Counted from the whole stretch's first letter, positions 1-13,335 are shown. The stretch: 61,102 nt of DNA, filler included, from Sphacelaria rigidula (GCA_964200075.2; 6 parts of 6 records of this genome joined end to end with filler, not necessarily neighbours in it); one strand, 5' to 3'. Notes: a model not told the origin generated them from the letters alone. Program-made: numbers and translations.

Positions 1-387
1 TTTTACGGCTCTGGCTACTTATGTTCTCTTCGAAACATCCATTTTTTTCTTTTTCGGGTCTCGCTGTTTGTTGTCTGTTCTCTTGGTGTCTTGAAAGTAA
101 ACTATTCTGTTCTATTCTTTGGGGGCTGTCGCTGTTGAAACGTCCATTCTGTTCCATATATTTCGGCTCTCTCTGTTTGTGGTTCGCTGTTGAAGCGTCC
201 ATTCTGTTCTATTTGTTTTCGGATCTCGCTGCTGTGTGTGGTCTCTTTTTTGCTGCTCCTGACCGCGTGGTTTTTGATGTAAATTAGTGTTCCGAGAAGG
301 ATCACACGCTTACTTGATTCCAGTATTGGAGCGGGGGATCATTTTGGCTATTAAATAATAAATATTGATGATAATAATAATATTGAT

Positions 388-469
388 GAGGATCATGGCC
401 CAACTCGTCCATGTCGACGAGATATTGCTTTGAGAGCTTAAATCCGTGCCTAGGCTGGCCCAGCTCGTA
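388..469 (-). mobile_element. Truncated end of the TA-flanked TIR element family seen intact at 46721-47899
   Basis: Minus strand reads tacgagctgggccagcctaggcacggatttaagctctcaaagcaatatctc...gacgagttgggccatgatcc, colinear with 46719-46798. Confidence 0.75.
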
Positions 470-3400
470 GTTAACCCACGGGAGAAACATACCACTTCCA
501 GTTGTTCATCCAGGTCACGCTCGACTTCCTTGTGCCACGCATGTAATAAAACTTGAATGCCGTTGACATTTCCCCTCCACGCTATCATGGACGTTGTTGG
601 CTGGTGACGCAGGCAAAGGAAGCCTTGGACAAGGTACAGCGCGTTTTGAACGTCCTCATCCGCTACTGATGCAACATTTCACCATCTCGATTCGCCTACC
701 ATCGCCGGAGCTGTACAGAGTTGCAGTTTTGTACGCTGCAGCGGTGCAAGACGTCCATGCAGTTTTCACGAAGAGATGGCAGACTCGATTTTGATGTCAT
801 GAAGGAACGGCTACTGTTCACAACGAACGTTGTCGTGTCTAAGGCTCCAGGTCGCGTCACGAATGTGCTTCATGAGTACTTGACTGATATTTCGATTGTA
901 GCCGATTAGGGTGATGCTGCTGCACAATCGGCTTTTGGAGGTTGAAGAGCCAGTGCCAAGGGTTCGGTAATAGCATATGTTCGACGTATTTGTCAAGTAT
1001 GGTGCTGAGAAGCGACATCGATAACCTACTTCAGACAGGGATGCACTCTGGACCGCACTCAGGTATAGTGTACAGTAGTAATTCAGTCTCTCTATATCTA
1101 TTCCATGCCGATACCAAACCCCCAAGATCGGTGTCTGCCGCGCACCACGATATTTTGGCAACCACCACAATCCGGATACATCACTGGAGATCTTGTACAT
1201 CGAGAGGTGCAACGTTAATGTTCCTTCATTCTACTCCTCGCACAATCCGCCCTGCGCGTGTAATGACTATTGTGTCTCAATACCAAAACTTACTGCCGGC
1301 CTTGAGAAATGACCACGACATGCCTTGCCAGCCACATTGCAATCGATCCTGGTCAAGTTAAGCTCTCCGTCATGTATACAAAACTGAGCATGTAATGACG
1401 TTTTACCCGCCATTCTGGCTGACGAAAGCTGCAGCACCTGGACCCGCGGCTGTAGGAGATGTCCATCGCACCAAAAACCCTTCGGCGATATCGAAAATAC
1501 GCCCCGCCCCACGAAATATTGGTACTTGAAGCCACAGCAACAAGACTAGTTCGGCGTGTCGAGAAAACGGCAGGATCCTCAAAATGCCGCTGAACAACAA
1601 CGACACATGCCACCACAGACCGTAGGCTACCCAATACGTTAGCCAGCGTACCCTTGCTCCTCCTGCCGGGTTTGCTTCTGAAGACCATTGGCCAAGGATG
1701 TTTGTTTGCGATCTGCGCCCAAGGGTCTAAGAACGTGGTATTGGTTGTCGTGTTCGGTCAAGGGGAACGGGGAGTAGACGACAGAGAGCGATATCGTCGG
1801 TTAGGACAGGAAAGCACTTGGAGCATTTTGAGTGCCTCAGCAAGGTGGCGTTACGGTTGTCGGCACAAAGTCTCGTCTCCCATCTCACAGAGAAGTAAGC
1901 CGTTGGACCACCTGCCTAGAGGTTAAAGCGGAGAGTCTACAGTTCCGGTGTATGAAGAGTAAGTACACCGGTAACCGCTTTCACGCCTGCGCCGTAAAAC
2001 AGACGAAAATGTGACACTAATCGCACAGAGAAAGACAGCACACATACTTTTCTCGGCATTTGTCACTTGAAGTGGTCCATTCGCCGGAGCTGTGCGATAT
2101 AAGCCCCCCACTCTGGTTTATATAAACATACAACTATATTTTCTTCTCATAAACTTCACTACTATATAACAGCCATCACCGAGTCACAGTGGTGTCGCTA
2201 TCCGTTGGTCTAAAAGATCCCAGTACGGTCACGTCTCAAGCTGGTCAGAGCCAAGAGCCGAGGCTTCAAATCTCGCTAGATGCAAGGCTTTTATGGAAAG
2301 TTCAACATTTGCGTCTTCGACAACGCGAGGACGTATATGGCAAAGAAAATGTGACACAAGTCGACGCGGCGCGGAAATACTATCGTGATCCAATTCGCGA
2401 TACCCTCCAACGATGGCACGCTTGTACTAGACGATAAATAGATGATTCCTCAAGACCGCCGACTCGTCCCGAGAGAAGGGAGGGGCCGGACGTATGGCGG
2501 GAAAAAAAAAACTCAGTTGTGCTAACCTTGATGGAGTTGAGGGAGGGCACGACCAGGCCTGCGTACAAACAACCCAGATTTGTCAGGAAGCCCGGGGTGA
2601 AGATGAACGCGGGTGTAGGCAGCAGCATCCAGCTGTCCGCCACGCTGTCTGCTATCAGCTGGAATACAGGACGAACGCATGGTGTAGGGCAGCAAGCTCA
2701 ATACCTCCCTTCAGATCTCCTGAACGTGATCCCAAGTATTTTGTTAGCGACCTCCACGACAACATGCGACACTGGGCACACAAGCAGGATTCGGGTCCAG
2801 TCGGAACCAGGGTACAACAGCATCTACGTATTTATGATACACGCTGCCAGTACCATCGGTTCGCGAAACATGGAGACAACTCGAGTGATGAGCCCAAATG
2901 AGGATGATCGGCATTGCGCCACACAGGCCGTGCCTCCTGTGATCCCAAACACATTGGGCTGATGGTCTGTTGACCCAACTTACCTGCGCACGCTCCTTGG
3001 TCACAACCCTCAGGAAGACGAGGACATGCTGCAGCGGGCCTAAAACGTCTTCTGACATCCCCTGTGGAGTACGCAGGTCTTTCACGTACTTGTGCACTAA
3101 GGGCTCCAGCAAGTAATAAACCACCTGAAACGCATGGAGCATGACACATTCAAAATTGCCATGGAAGTCACGATATAGCCACATGTGGTAACGAGGAAAT
3201 GTTGCATTACATAAGTAGCACGCAGCGCACAGAAAACCAGGTGCTGATGGCGCGACAGCTTGAAACAAGCAAATTAACTTTGAATATTTTCCCACGGGAA
3301 ATATATCTGGCCTCTCTTCGCGTCTCTCTGCGAGGGGATGGAAATTCCAACGACTCCAGTAGCAACTTTGGAGTGCATTCAACCCAGTGCGAGATTTTTC

Positions 3401-3515
3401 GTATCCAATCAGCAAGCTAAGTTCCGTGACGTTTCAACATGGCTAGCGCATTTTCTGGCACACAAAATTGCGACATACGTCAGGAGCCTACATGACCATC
3501 TCAAGCACGGCCCAC

Positions 3516-4382
3516 CTGTAGGCCGCTTCCGGGCCCTGGTAAATGCATCCACACCACACAGAAAAATGCGGCCGTCCGCACGACCGGTGGCGTCAAAGTA
3601 GATATAACAGGTGCAGCGAAGGGGATATACTGAGCGAGCACAGCGCTGCACGTGGCCATGGTGAATACCACCCAGTACATAAGCACCCTGTCCACATCTC
3701 TTGGCGTCACCAAAGCAACCCGCGACCCTCCCTCGGGCGATGTCGGCGATTTGGTCGAAGGTGCCCGCACAGCCGCAGCCGCCGCCACTTCTGATGCCCG
3801 CCGATTTCGCGACCCCACGCTGTTCCTACGCGCTCCCCCTTCACCACTGCCCTGCCCCCGAATGCACAGCACCAAGTACAGCGCGTACAAAGCTGGCCAT
3901 GAAACGGTCACGCAGACCCATAATTTTTCGCGCAATCGACCCGCCAATTCTGGAGCGAGCCAGGTGAACAGACCGGTTGCAACCCAGTACATAACGTGCG
4001 GGAACACGCGTGCCGAGAGTTTGAAGTTGGTCTCTACAGCAGCAGTGAAAGCTAGGTACCGCCGGTTCATCCTCGCGCGGAACAGGCGGACGCTGCGCTG
4101 TGCCCTGGGAATGTAACGCCTCCTCACAATCAATCGGCGCAAGAGAATGAGCAAAATAGCCACGGTGATCGCAGCGACCTCGGCGAGGAGGGTCGTGGGG
4201 GAAAGCGATGTTTGGAAGCGGACAAAGGAGGTGGTGGCGTTGACCACGTGCGGCCAGACAGCCTTGCCGAGCGCGGCGGCGAGCCGCAAGATGGGCGAGA
4301 GGATGAGAACAACGACTGACACCCAGGCCGAGACAGACTCAAACGAAGCTTGAAGGGCATCCTGCAGAGCCACGGCGTACTC
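3516..4382 (-). CDS. Internal exon (289 codons, phase 0/0) of a membrane protein with a TB2/DP1/HVA22 (REEP/Yop1)-like domain
   Basis: Long GC-rich ORF; branch-like tgctaac upstream of cag|GAG acceptor; CAG|gtgggc donor; several hydrophobic segments; LMYWVVF...VVWMHLP-G-GLQ resembles the HVA22 WLxYWVV...WLxLP..GA signature. Confidence 0.8.
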
Positions 4383-6406
4383 CTGCGCGTACACATCGCC
4401 GCGGTTGTTGTTTTTACATCAACACGGTTAGCAGGGAGGCATGGAGAAAATATGGGAGGGGGAAGGCGCGTGAGCGAACACAGAGCATCATCATTGTTTG
4501 CGCTCCAATATTAGTACTCGTATTTGTAGCTCTGGTACACTAGGCGCCTTGTCGATCACGGAAAAGATGTTCACAGCATTTTTCTGCAAAAATGGTGTTG
4601 GCAGTCGAATGGTCGCAGGAGGTGCGTGCTTGATCAACTCCGACAGTCACTGCAGTTCATGCTTCGGCAATGGTATCAGATAGATAGTACGGTATTTTAT
4701 GTACAGCAAAGACTGAAGGGCATCGCGTGCAAAGAGACAGTTTGTGATGGTATTTTAAATGGATTGGCGGTACAAGCCCAACAAACCCTTCCAATCCGCC
4801 AAAAGAGGAACAAGATGTAAGTGGTTGAAACAAGTTTCAACCATCCGCCAGCTGCCGTACGTCAAGACTGTATTTTTGCCTACTGACCCCTCAGATTCAC
4901 GGTAGGAGGCTTGATGGACCCCAAACCAACTACGTTGTAAGGCCCTCACGCCTATTGTACATTATTCTCAGCCCCGACCGAAAATTTCAATTGCTCCATT
5001 CACAATGGAAAGACGATGATTTTTTTCCCGGCTATAGCCCAGAACGATCATGACACTGGTTTCTCCACACATTCGTTCTGTAGAGAAGCCACTGCCCGCA
5101 AGCTCACCGCCGCAACGTATTTTAGCGGTTGGACCACAAGGCTCAGGCCGGAAATAATCGAGGTCCTTCTCGAACATCTGGCGTCTGTCTCCTGGCCTGT
5201 GAAATGCGGGCGGCATTTGCGCCATTTGAGCGAATGTGTGGAGAAACCAGTGTACGCCCTGCCATAGTAGTAGCCGTGTCATACTCGTAGTGGTGGGCAA
5301 GTAGTTGGTACAGACCAAATCGTGTGAAAACGCTATGCATTCGTCTTCCATGACACGGAAGTCGTGCCTGACTTGACACAGGGAAGTGTCACGGAAACCG
5401 TACTCAACTTGACACAGTGACCTGCACTGTTGTATACGCAAGCGTCTATCCTGCGGTGAAAGAAGTTGCTTCATGTATGCACGCTTTGTCCTCGCGGAAC
5501 ACAAGTGCAGTGTACACCATGAATGCGTTGAGATATCGGAAAAACAGGCATGGCAAGTGATGGCATATACTCGAAAAAGGAAGTTACTGGGCACCAAGTT
5601 TTCCATCAAATAAATATCAAGCACAACAAAAGGGCAATAGACAAAATTCGGTCGACCTATCCCCTTTTCGGCCACGAAGGGGTCTTCGCAAAACACAGGT
5701 TCGGGCCCTGCCCGTGTTCCTCTGAAACTGATCGGAATCCAATCCCGACGCGAAGGCAAGTCGACCACGGCCTGGGCAATGCACGGGGTGGGATGACCCA
5801 CCGCCATCTACTATTTTTATCCTACACCCTACATTTTCCATAAGTAGATCCATCCCCTTTTGCCAAAGTATCCCCTCCGGTGACCACTCTCCGCCACTCA
5901 GAACTGATCCTCCTCGCCACCGTACGGCAGAACATGACAGGACCTACAACGTCTCCACCGCATCTTTCCGCGGCCTGGGGGGGGTTCGGGCCCTGTCCGT
6001 GCTCCTCTGAAATCGATCAAAATCCAGAAACACAGGTAGCGACCAGCTAGACATGTCGATCGTGTTTGCGTAGACCTCCCTTTTACCGAAAGGGGCGTGG
6101 GTCGACCCACTTGTGTCTATGACCCATAAGATAACCCCTCGATTCGCGGACAATACTTGCTTGTTTTGAATGCTCATGCCCGAGCTTTGAAAGCTCCTCA
6201 AGGTCCATGCGTCTAGAACAGACTCATTACCCATAGAATCTAGTGTCTCCTCGACGCGGTGGGATAGTCTTTTCATTCGTTCATGCCATCATCTAGTAGC
6301 CCATGATGGAAAATACATATGAAGCTGACTGCCTGGCGTGTGCTTGCGGAGAGGTGATTTTCTCTCAAGCGTTGGAACCTCCCGAACCATAGGGCTTGAG
6401 TGTAGG

Positions 6407-6944
6407 TGCTGGGAGAAGGCTGGGCTGATCTGACAGCGCGGGTTACAGCAACAGCCGTGTCCACTCGAATAGCCGGAGACGCTGTCCTACTAGCCGATGG
6501 AGCCCTTACCCCCGTGGCTCCTCTGCCTACTGAAGCCTGTGCTGCTGGTTCGGCAATGTCGGCCAACATGTTCCTAAGCTCGGTCTCTGCCGGACTCCGT
6601 GACCCGGATTCCTTCTTCCCCTTTCCCACCGTGCCATATGAGAAGGAAGGCGGGGGCTTATTCTCCAGGGATCCAATTGACTTCATGAATAGCCCAGTCT
6701 GTTGCGTGGACCCTTGCTGTGGGAGCACGAAGCCCTGTGCAGTCCGGGTCACCGAGTCCGGCAGAGACCGAGCTTAGGAACATGTTGGCCGACTTTGCCG
6801 AACCAGCAGCACAGGCTTCACTAGGCAGAAGAGCCACGGGGTTAGGAACTCCATCGGCTAGCAGGACAGCGTCTCCGGCTATTCGGGTGGAGACGGCTGT
6901 TGCTGTAACCCGCGCAGTCAGATCAGCCCAGCCGTCTCCCAGCA
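6407..6944. repeat. Long inverted repeat: 202-bp arms (6407-6608, 6743-6944), ~134-bp spacer
   Basis: Arms align as reverse complements with about 13 substitutions and no indels (by eye). Confidence 0.95.
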
Positions 6945-7327
6945 GTGGCGCACTACCATGTGTTTGATTGAAAATTATAAATTAGATTTGCTGCGCTAAC
7001 CTTGTTGGCGTCGAAGGTATGGAATAACATAATATGATTTTACTGGACGTTTTGGGGATTGCGGTATCACAACTAAGAAGAACACCCACGAATCACGATC
7101 TTCTAATCTCCGGAGAGAGGCGCCTGTCCGGGGACGATGCCCACTCGTCCACTTTGTTCCGTTAACCCGTTGGCAACCAATGCACAAACAAGCGTGGGTC
7201 AAGATGGGGCAGTAACGTTTCCTTTGTTGCTACTGGTGCTGTTGAGATTACTAACTCGCGAAGGCTGAACTAGTCACCTCGTTGGACTCTACACGGACCA
7301 AGCTGAAACAACCAGGGAAAAGCGCCA

Positions 7328-7480
7328 ATGTGTGTTTTTTTCAATCTATTCTGGACGCCAGTGTACACATTTCGGAATATGTGGGAGCATCAGCCGGGGT
7401 CACACAGGAGGAAGGTCAACACAGGAGTTATTCTTCCCTCATTTTTGTTTCAATACTGTCCCTTCGGATCAATGGATAGA
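7328..7480 (-). mobile_element. Partial (3') copy of SINE family A body
   Basis: Shares the cagccggggtcacacagg(a/g)ggaaggtca core with 26435-26801 and 45445-45710. Confidence 0.7.
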
Positions 7481-10101
7481 CTAATGAATGAGAAAAATAA
7501 TGCCACCGAGGTGATGTAACTGTACGTGACCCGTATCCAACTCACGCTGAAGAGCACAGCGGTGTCTACTTCACGAAGCTTTTCGGATGAACCGTCAGTA
7601 CACCGACCCTAGATCACAACCCCCACGCGGCAGGTCACACCAGACACAACACATTGCACGACCGAATCGACACTTATATCAACGGGGGAACGCGCTGTGC
7701 AAGCACGCGAAGGCCGACTGACACATCTTGGGCGACCTTGACTCCATCCGCACGCTCACGCACACACTTCAATACGAAGGCTGGTTGCACATTGATAATC
7801 TGATACTGTGTGATTGGGTAGCGCCATAGGTAGCGCCGGCGTGTGGGCGGTTGGGTGTATAGGTGGAACGCGGTGTGTTGGTGTATGTCATATTTTTCAA
7901 CGTGCGAATTTACAACCAGGCGCTCTCAAAACTGCTATGTACCACATTTCCCTCATACTATTACCTTTTTTAACTCAAACGCTAAACGGACGCATTGAGT
8001 CGCCTTCTCTCGCGGTCGTGCCGTGAGAGTAGAGTGAAGGGCTGCTCACGAGGAACACATCATAACATACTGACAGCCACTAAGGTGGTTGCGGTTGTGT
8101 TCTGCCAATAGTATCAACACTTCACTCAGGCTGTAGCGGGCTTTTGCGTGTAGATTTTGGAGGTCCGCCAGCTTTGACTTCGCCGAGATCTTGCAAACTT
8201 TTTCCCATCTTACTTGATTTCACATTGCGACACATGCTAGAGATTGTAGTCCAGTACAACAAGCAAGTGTTGATTACCACAGAGGGGCACCCTAAACTCC
8301 GAGCACACACAGTACAGCATCTTATCATGTGGCTCCATATAGGCAGTTTTTGAAATGCAATCGCTTGCCACCTTATTAGTGACACCTCTTCTTCACCGTG
8401 CGGATGTCCCAGTCCCTGTGGACTGCCTGTAGCGCCAGCTCTCCCTGCTCATGTGACCACCTCGCTTCCCAGGCAGCTTACCTCAATGGAAAAAACACTG
8501 TGGAGAACGACAACTGCAGTGCATTATACGATTGCCGCTATGCAACGCGAAAATGATGGGGACAAGGACCCTTCCATACTACGGAACGGGAATGACACGG
8601 GTATGGTCTTGCCCAACAGTTTTTTTGGATAACTTTTACCAAGGGCTCATATCACTCTAGCGTCCACTTACGCCTCGAAAAACTATCTTCCCGAAAACTT
8701 GTGCTATAATAGGGCGCACAGACAGGCGGGGGTCGCATGTACGAGAGTGCGCAGGTCGCGAACGCCTCCAGAACCAAATTCACAATAAACCCAATTTCAA
8801 ATCGAAATGCCGCACACACGAAACAACCCTCAGTCGCAGTCCACACCAGTCTACAGCAGGGCAGGCAAGAAAGGATCTTGTCGTAGGGCAGGATAGCACA
8901 TAAGTCGGTGGCGATGAGACCTCTACTCGATATTGACAAGCCAACAGTCGTATTGGGTTCTTGGTCAACCAAGCACCGCGCATGCTCGATTGAATGGATG
9001 CTCTGAACACAACGACTGTATACGCATCAGCTGCTTGCTATCGAGAGTACCGCCTGTTGCACTCCTGTTGTACAAGACACCACGCTGTTTGTACACACTG
9101 TGTACTGTGCAGGCTATTGAGGCGGGGGCAGGAGTAGTGGGAGAGTCCCTGTATCATCCTACTTGCCAACTGTACAGAGCACGACAAGCCCTGTACGATA
9201 TAATACTACTACTGTCTGTTGTGGCGACGTGATCCCACACACACATGACGGAACTACGTTTGAACACTCAGCTGATGACCTGTTGACCATGACGCCGCAG
9301 CATCATTTTTTTTTGTTCTTTGAGAAATTGCCTCAAAGAGGTGCTTCAAGAGAAAACGATTCACTCAATTATATCCGGTAATGTCGAGCAGAGAACTCAT
9401 CAACGCACACGTTTGCGGTATCCTGTTCTGCTGCCTGTTCGGTGTTACTGCCCTGCTGTGAGCTGCTGTGGAGTACGATTGCTGTTTAGTCTGTTCAGCA
9501 TCCAAAATTGGGTTTCTTGCGGATTTGGCTCTGGAGGCGTTCGCGACCTGCTCGCTCGTATTTGCATACCCCACCTGTGAATAGGTGGCGCCGAAAACAC
9601 GGTACGGACTTCATCCTGTACTTGTCTCGAGAACCGCTTTTACTCGCAACCGCTTGCGATATGCGCCACTTTCCTCCTCCGGGGTGCTGCTCTCGCCGCC
9701 AAAGACTTGTGGCACTATCACCGAACAAGATCTCGGAGCAAAATCCCGGACCGTTCAAAATTTTCTAATGAATAATGTAGGCCTTCGCCCTTTGAAAGTT
9801 TTGTTTCCAAAAAAATCATTTGTCTTGTTCAAAAGCGGGTCAGTTTGAAGCGGAAACCCCGTCTAGGCATTACAATTACTTGATTTTAATGTAAAGAGCG
9901 CAGAAGGTCTAATTATAAACCATTACGAGTACGAGCAACCGCCCTTGACAACCACGGTGGGCGATCTGGGTATCACAACGATATTTTCACGGTTAGGACA
10001 AATCATCACGACTCAACATCACCAAATTCACGCTTTCTTCTGCCTTATTGCCCGAAAGGGAGGGAAAAGTTGACCCCTGGTCCAAGGGGTGTCCCACGCA
10101 A

Positions 10102-10201
10102 NNNNNNNNNNNNNNNNNNNNNNNNNNNNNNNNNNNNNNNNNNNNTTAATTAATTAANNNNNNNNNNNNNNNNNNNNNNNNNNNNNNNNNNNNNNNNNNN
10201 N
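10102..10201. other. Artificial contig linker (N44-TTAATTAATTAA-N44)
   Basis: 100-bp N run with a central six-frame-stop 12-mer; the same linker occurs five times. Confidence 0.98.
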
Positions 10202-10274
10202 CCGGGAATCGAACCCCACAACTCAACCGTCAGAAGCTTACGGGGTTACCAACTGAGCCACCGGGGCGACCGGC
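10202..10274 (-). mobile_element. tRNA-derived SINE head, truncated by fragment start
   Basis: Minus strand GCCGGTCGCCCCGGTGGCTCAGTTGG (A box)...GGTTCGATTCCC (B box); D-stem does not pair; same head at 26731-26801 and 45079-45170. Confidence 0.75.
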
Positions 10275-10277
10275 ATC

Positions 10278-11530
10278 AATCAATCTACCCCAAATTTGAG
10301 TAGAGTATTGAAGTCATGCCGAAGTGATACTCTATACTCAAATATTACTGAGCGTACTTACCCGAAAATTTGACTAGGGTATGAGGTCGTACTAATTGTA
10401 CCCAAAATTGGAGTACAGTATTTGAGGTCGCACTCAATCTACCCCCAAAAAGAGTCAAGTATTGAGGTCATACTCAACCTACCCACAAAACCTGAGACGA
10501 GTATTCGAGGTCATACTAAATCTACCCAACACGGACCGCCGGGGTCTCTTTGGGGGTCAGGTCTATCACTCCCGACCCCGTCGCGCCTTTCTCTGTTCCT
10601 TTCCCTTGCGACTGTTCTGATGTTCCCGCGTCTTGCACTGTTTCCACCGCTGGGTCTCCCATGGAGGAGTCACATCTGCGGCCCGTAGAGTCGCTCATTT
10701 TGACAGTACCTACCCGACTACCCGTCTGCTCGATTACCCAATGATGATGGATAGCACTTTGTACTGAAACTTATATCGAAGAGGTTACGAGGTATGAAGG
10801 ATGTACTGCCATGGGTGGGGGAAGGTGAGCTGGGGTAGGTAGGTTCATTTATCTGCACTTTTTTTTTTCTTCATGGCCACCATTCACTCATATTCGTTGT
10901 ATCCCGTGACGTAATGTCACTCATCTCATTGATGGCGCCATCGTTCGCCCATATATTCGACATAAGCTGTGCAAGTGACGTCGAGAAGTCACCGACGGTC
11001 ACGGTTACTCATCATATCAAAGTGATACTCTATACTCAAGTATTACTGAGAGTGCCTACTCAATATTCAAGTAGAGTATTTGAGGTCGTGCTCAATCTAC
11101 CCAAAATTTGAGTATTGTAGAGAATTTGAGGTCATACTAAATCTACCCAAAAACTGAGTAGAGTATTGAGGTCATACCCAAGGGATACTCTATACCCAAG
11201 TATTGCTGAGAATACTGACCCAAAATTTGAGTAAAGTATTTGAGGTCGTACTCAATCTACCGAAAATTGAGTAGAGTATTGAGGCAATACTCAATCTACC
11301 AAAAATTGGAGTAGAGTTTTGAGGTCATACCCAAATGACACTCTATACCCAAGTATTGCTGAGAGTGCTCACCCAATACTTGAGTAGAGTATTTGAGGTC
11401 GTGCTCAATCTACCCCAAATTGGAATTATAGTATATGAGGCCGTACCCAATCAACCCAAAAATTGAGTAGAGTAAAAACTCGGGTATTTTACCCCGAGTA
11501 TTCAGAAGTACGTACTCTACTTAACCTACC
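10278..11530 (+). repeat. Degenerate ~40-bp minisatellite (ctcaatctacccaaaatttgagtagagtatttgaggtcgta) in two blocks, 10278-10530 and ~11015-11530
   Basis: Many visible imperfect copies; ~480 bp of unrelated sequence between the blocks. Confidence 0.85.
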
Positions 11531-11579
11531 CTTGCAAGACTTCTTGATATGATCTCCCATCAGTACTGTCCACACTCAC

Positions 11580-11809
11580 CGCCTCCGTCCGGCCGGCAGC
11601 CGATGAGTCCCCACGACCGCCAGGCAGCAGGAGACAACAGGGCCTCGAGCACTAGGATGTTCCGTGAATACAGCCAGGAGTATACGAGAGCCCGCTTTTC
11701 GTAGCATGAGGAGGGATGCCGTAGAGGATGCTGACGCCGATGCTGTTGCTGCTGCTATTGCTGACCTTGCTGGGGTTTTGCTGCTGCTGCCGCCGCTGCT
11801 GCTCCCAGT
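11580..11809 (-). CDS. FANCI: FANCI-like protein, fifth visible exon (TGSSSGG...KAGSRILLAVFTEHPSARGPVVSCCLAVVGT...)
   Basis: Polypyrimidine ttcag acceptor and gtgagt donor; phase 0 start matches exon 17090-17291; G..ILL..F..H...R pattern recalls FANCI LGANILLETFKIHEMIR. Confidence 0.65.
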
Positions 11810-12479
11810 CTGAAAGGGGCAGATGGATGTTCAGGAAAAAGAGAGGAACCGAAGCGGTGAACCAGGAGCTCTGTTATGTCACCTCGCGCACCAAATCGCT
11901 TCAAGCATGGCCCAGGCATGAATCTCCACAACACAGCAAAGGGCGATTCCGCGGTCGTCAAGGCTAAAGTCTCGCCGGCCCAATTTTACCTCAAGTCGAG
12001 AAAAAAACGTTATCCGAGTGAAAAAATGGTAAGAAACCCCAAATGCGAGGTGTCTTTTGCGATATTAAGCCTCCTTTCACTGGAATATGACCATTTTGCA
12101 TCCGATATTACCAATTCGGGGTATTCAAGATTGGTTATAAAAAAAGGCAACCCCGAAATCGCATCTACGTAGTCAAATAGGTAGGAGTAGAAAGACCTTG
12201 CGGCCGAATCGGGGTAACGTCTGTCTTCGCAAAAGCCGAACGAAGTTTCATCACTTAAACCAACGAGTCCTGACAAATTCATTTCAATTTAGACAAAGTT
12301 GCGGGCTCACGTCGCCTCGTCTCTATTTGAGCTGTTTCAGAACACCGAAGACCTCTAGTGTCGAAACTTAGTGCATTATTTGTGACCGACTAAATAGAAA
12401 ACATATTCAATACATGGGTGATATCTCATGTGGAGGTTAGGCCCATGGTTTTTCCAGGTATACGAACCGCGAGGTCGTC

Positions 12480-13150
12480 GAAAAAAGCTGACTGCGAGTG
12501 CATCGAGATTACCGCGATGAGGCAAATCATCCTACATGCCGGTCACGCCGTTCACATACATGACGGACGCCTCCCCAACATCCTCATGCGTGGAGTACTG
12601 GTCGGAGGGGAGACGCAGACAAGTCGGCCGGCAACACGCCTACAGCACAGTGTCACGGAATACTGCTCCGACTTCGGAATAAACGCGACATCGTGGACGC
12701 AGGTTGCCCAAGATGTTTCCGAATGGCGCCGAATCGTAGAGGGGGCAAAGATGTACATGACGGCCTGGACCAAAGCACGCCATGCTAAGGAATTGTTTGC
12801 TGTATTTCCGCGAGAGTTCTCTCAGTGCCTATCGAAGACCCCCGAAACGTAAGGGAGAGGCCGTCGAGTAGAGTACTCGCTAGTGCGTCCGCCGTCTTCC
12901 GAACAGCTTTGGCATTTGTCTATAAGGGTGCCTGGGGTTCTTGGTTTGGCTCTAGTTCGGTAGCCATTCTAATCCCTCTCGTCTTTTCTTTCATTTTTGC
13001 TTCGGTGTACTTGATTAGTAAATCTGATGGGTCTGTTTCTTTTCCGTTTTATCGACGTCTCCCTTACTGTTTTTATTTGATGTCGCTTTGTTCTTTATTT
13101 GGAGCCTCAGAAGAAGCAGTGAGAGCTTCATCTCTTTTAAGGATAGCAGG
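12480..13150 (+). mobile_element. 5'-truncated RTE-clade LINE: ORF C-terminus plus probable 3' UTR
   Basis: AGHAVHIHDGRLPNILMRGVLVGGETQTSRPATRLQHSV...GINATSWTQVAQDVSEWRRIV matches the RTE C-terminal GH..R..RLP...GRP...W...A.DR..WR pattern. Confidence 0.85.
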
Positions 13151-13217
13151 GACGGTATTGGGAAGATGAGGCCACGTCTGTGCCCACGAGTTCGAGAGAT
13201 CATGCTAATGTGCGGAT

Positions 13218-13335
13218 ATAATAATAAAAATGATAATAACAATAATAATAATAATAATGATGATAATAATAATAATATTGTTAATAATACCAATAAATAA
13301 TAATACTAATAATACTAATAATACTAATAATAACT
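13218..13335. repeat. (AAT)n-type microsatellite
   Basis: Direct reading. Confidence 0.9.

Noticed and set aside
490-3420. Decayed coding-like sequence (ORFs 310-588, 2494-2962, 2744-3415)
   Set aside because: No recognisable domain and many stops; possibly an old TE relic but unassignable
4968-5807. 279-aa ORF
   Set aside because: No recognisable motif; it runs through a locally duplicated repeat (5698/5984) and lacks exon-like codon bias
6407-6944. Purifying selection on the shared ORF in the two arms
   Set aside because: By codon count only about 4 differences are synonymous versus about 8 codons changed, so there is no clear bias
8050-8700. Gypsy integrase relic (minus-strand GNQHLLVVLDY and CCTVC motifs)
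   Set aside because: The motifs are short, in different frames and surrounded by stops; not supportable without a profile search
10202-10274. Possible tRNA gene
   Set aside because: A and B boxes are present but the D and anticodon stems do not pair, and the same head fronts SINE bodies elsewhere
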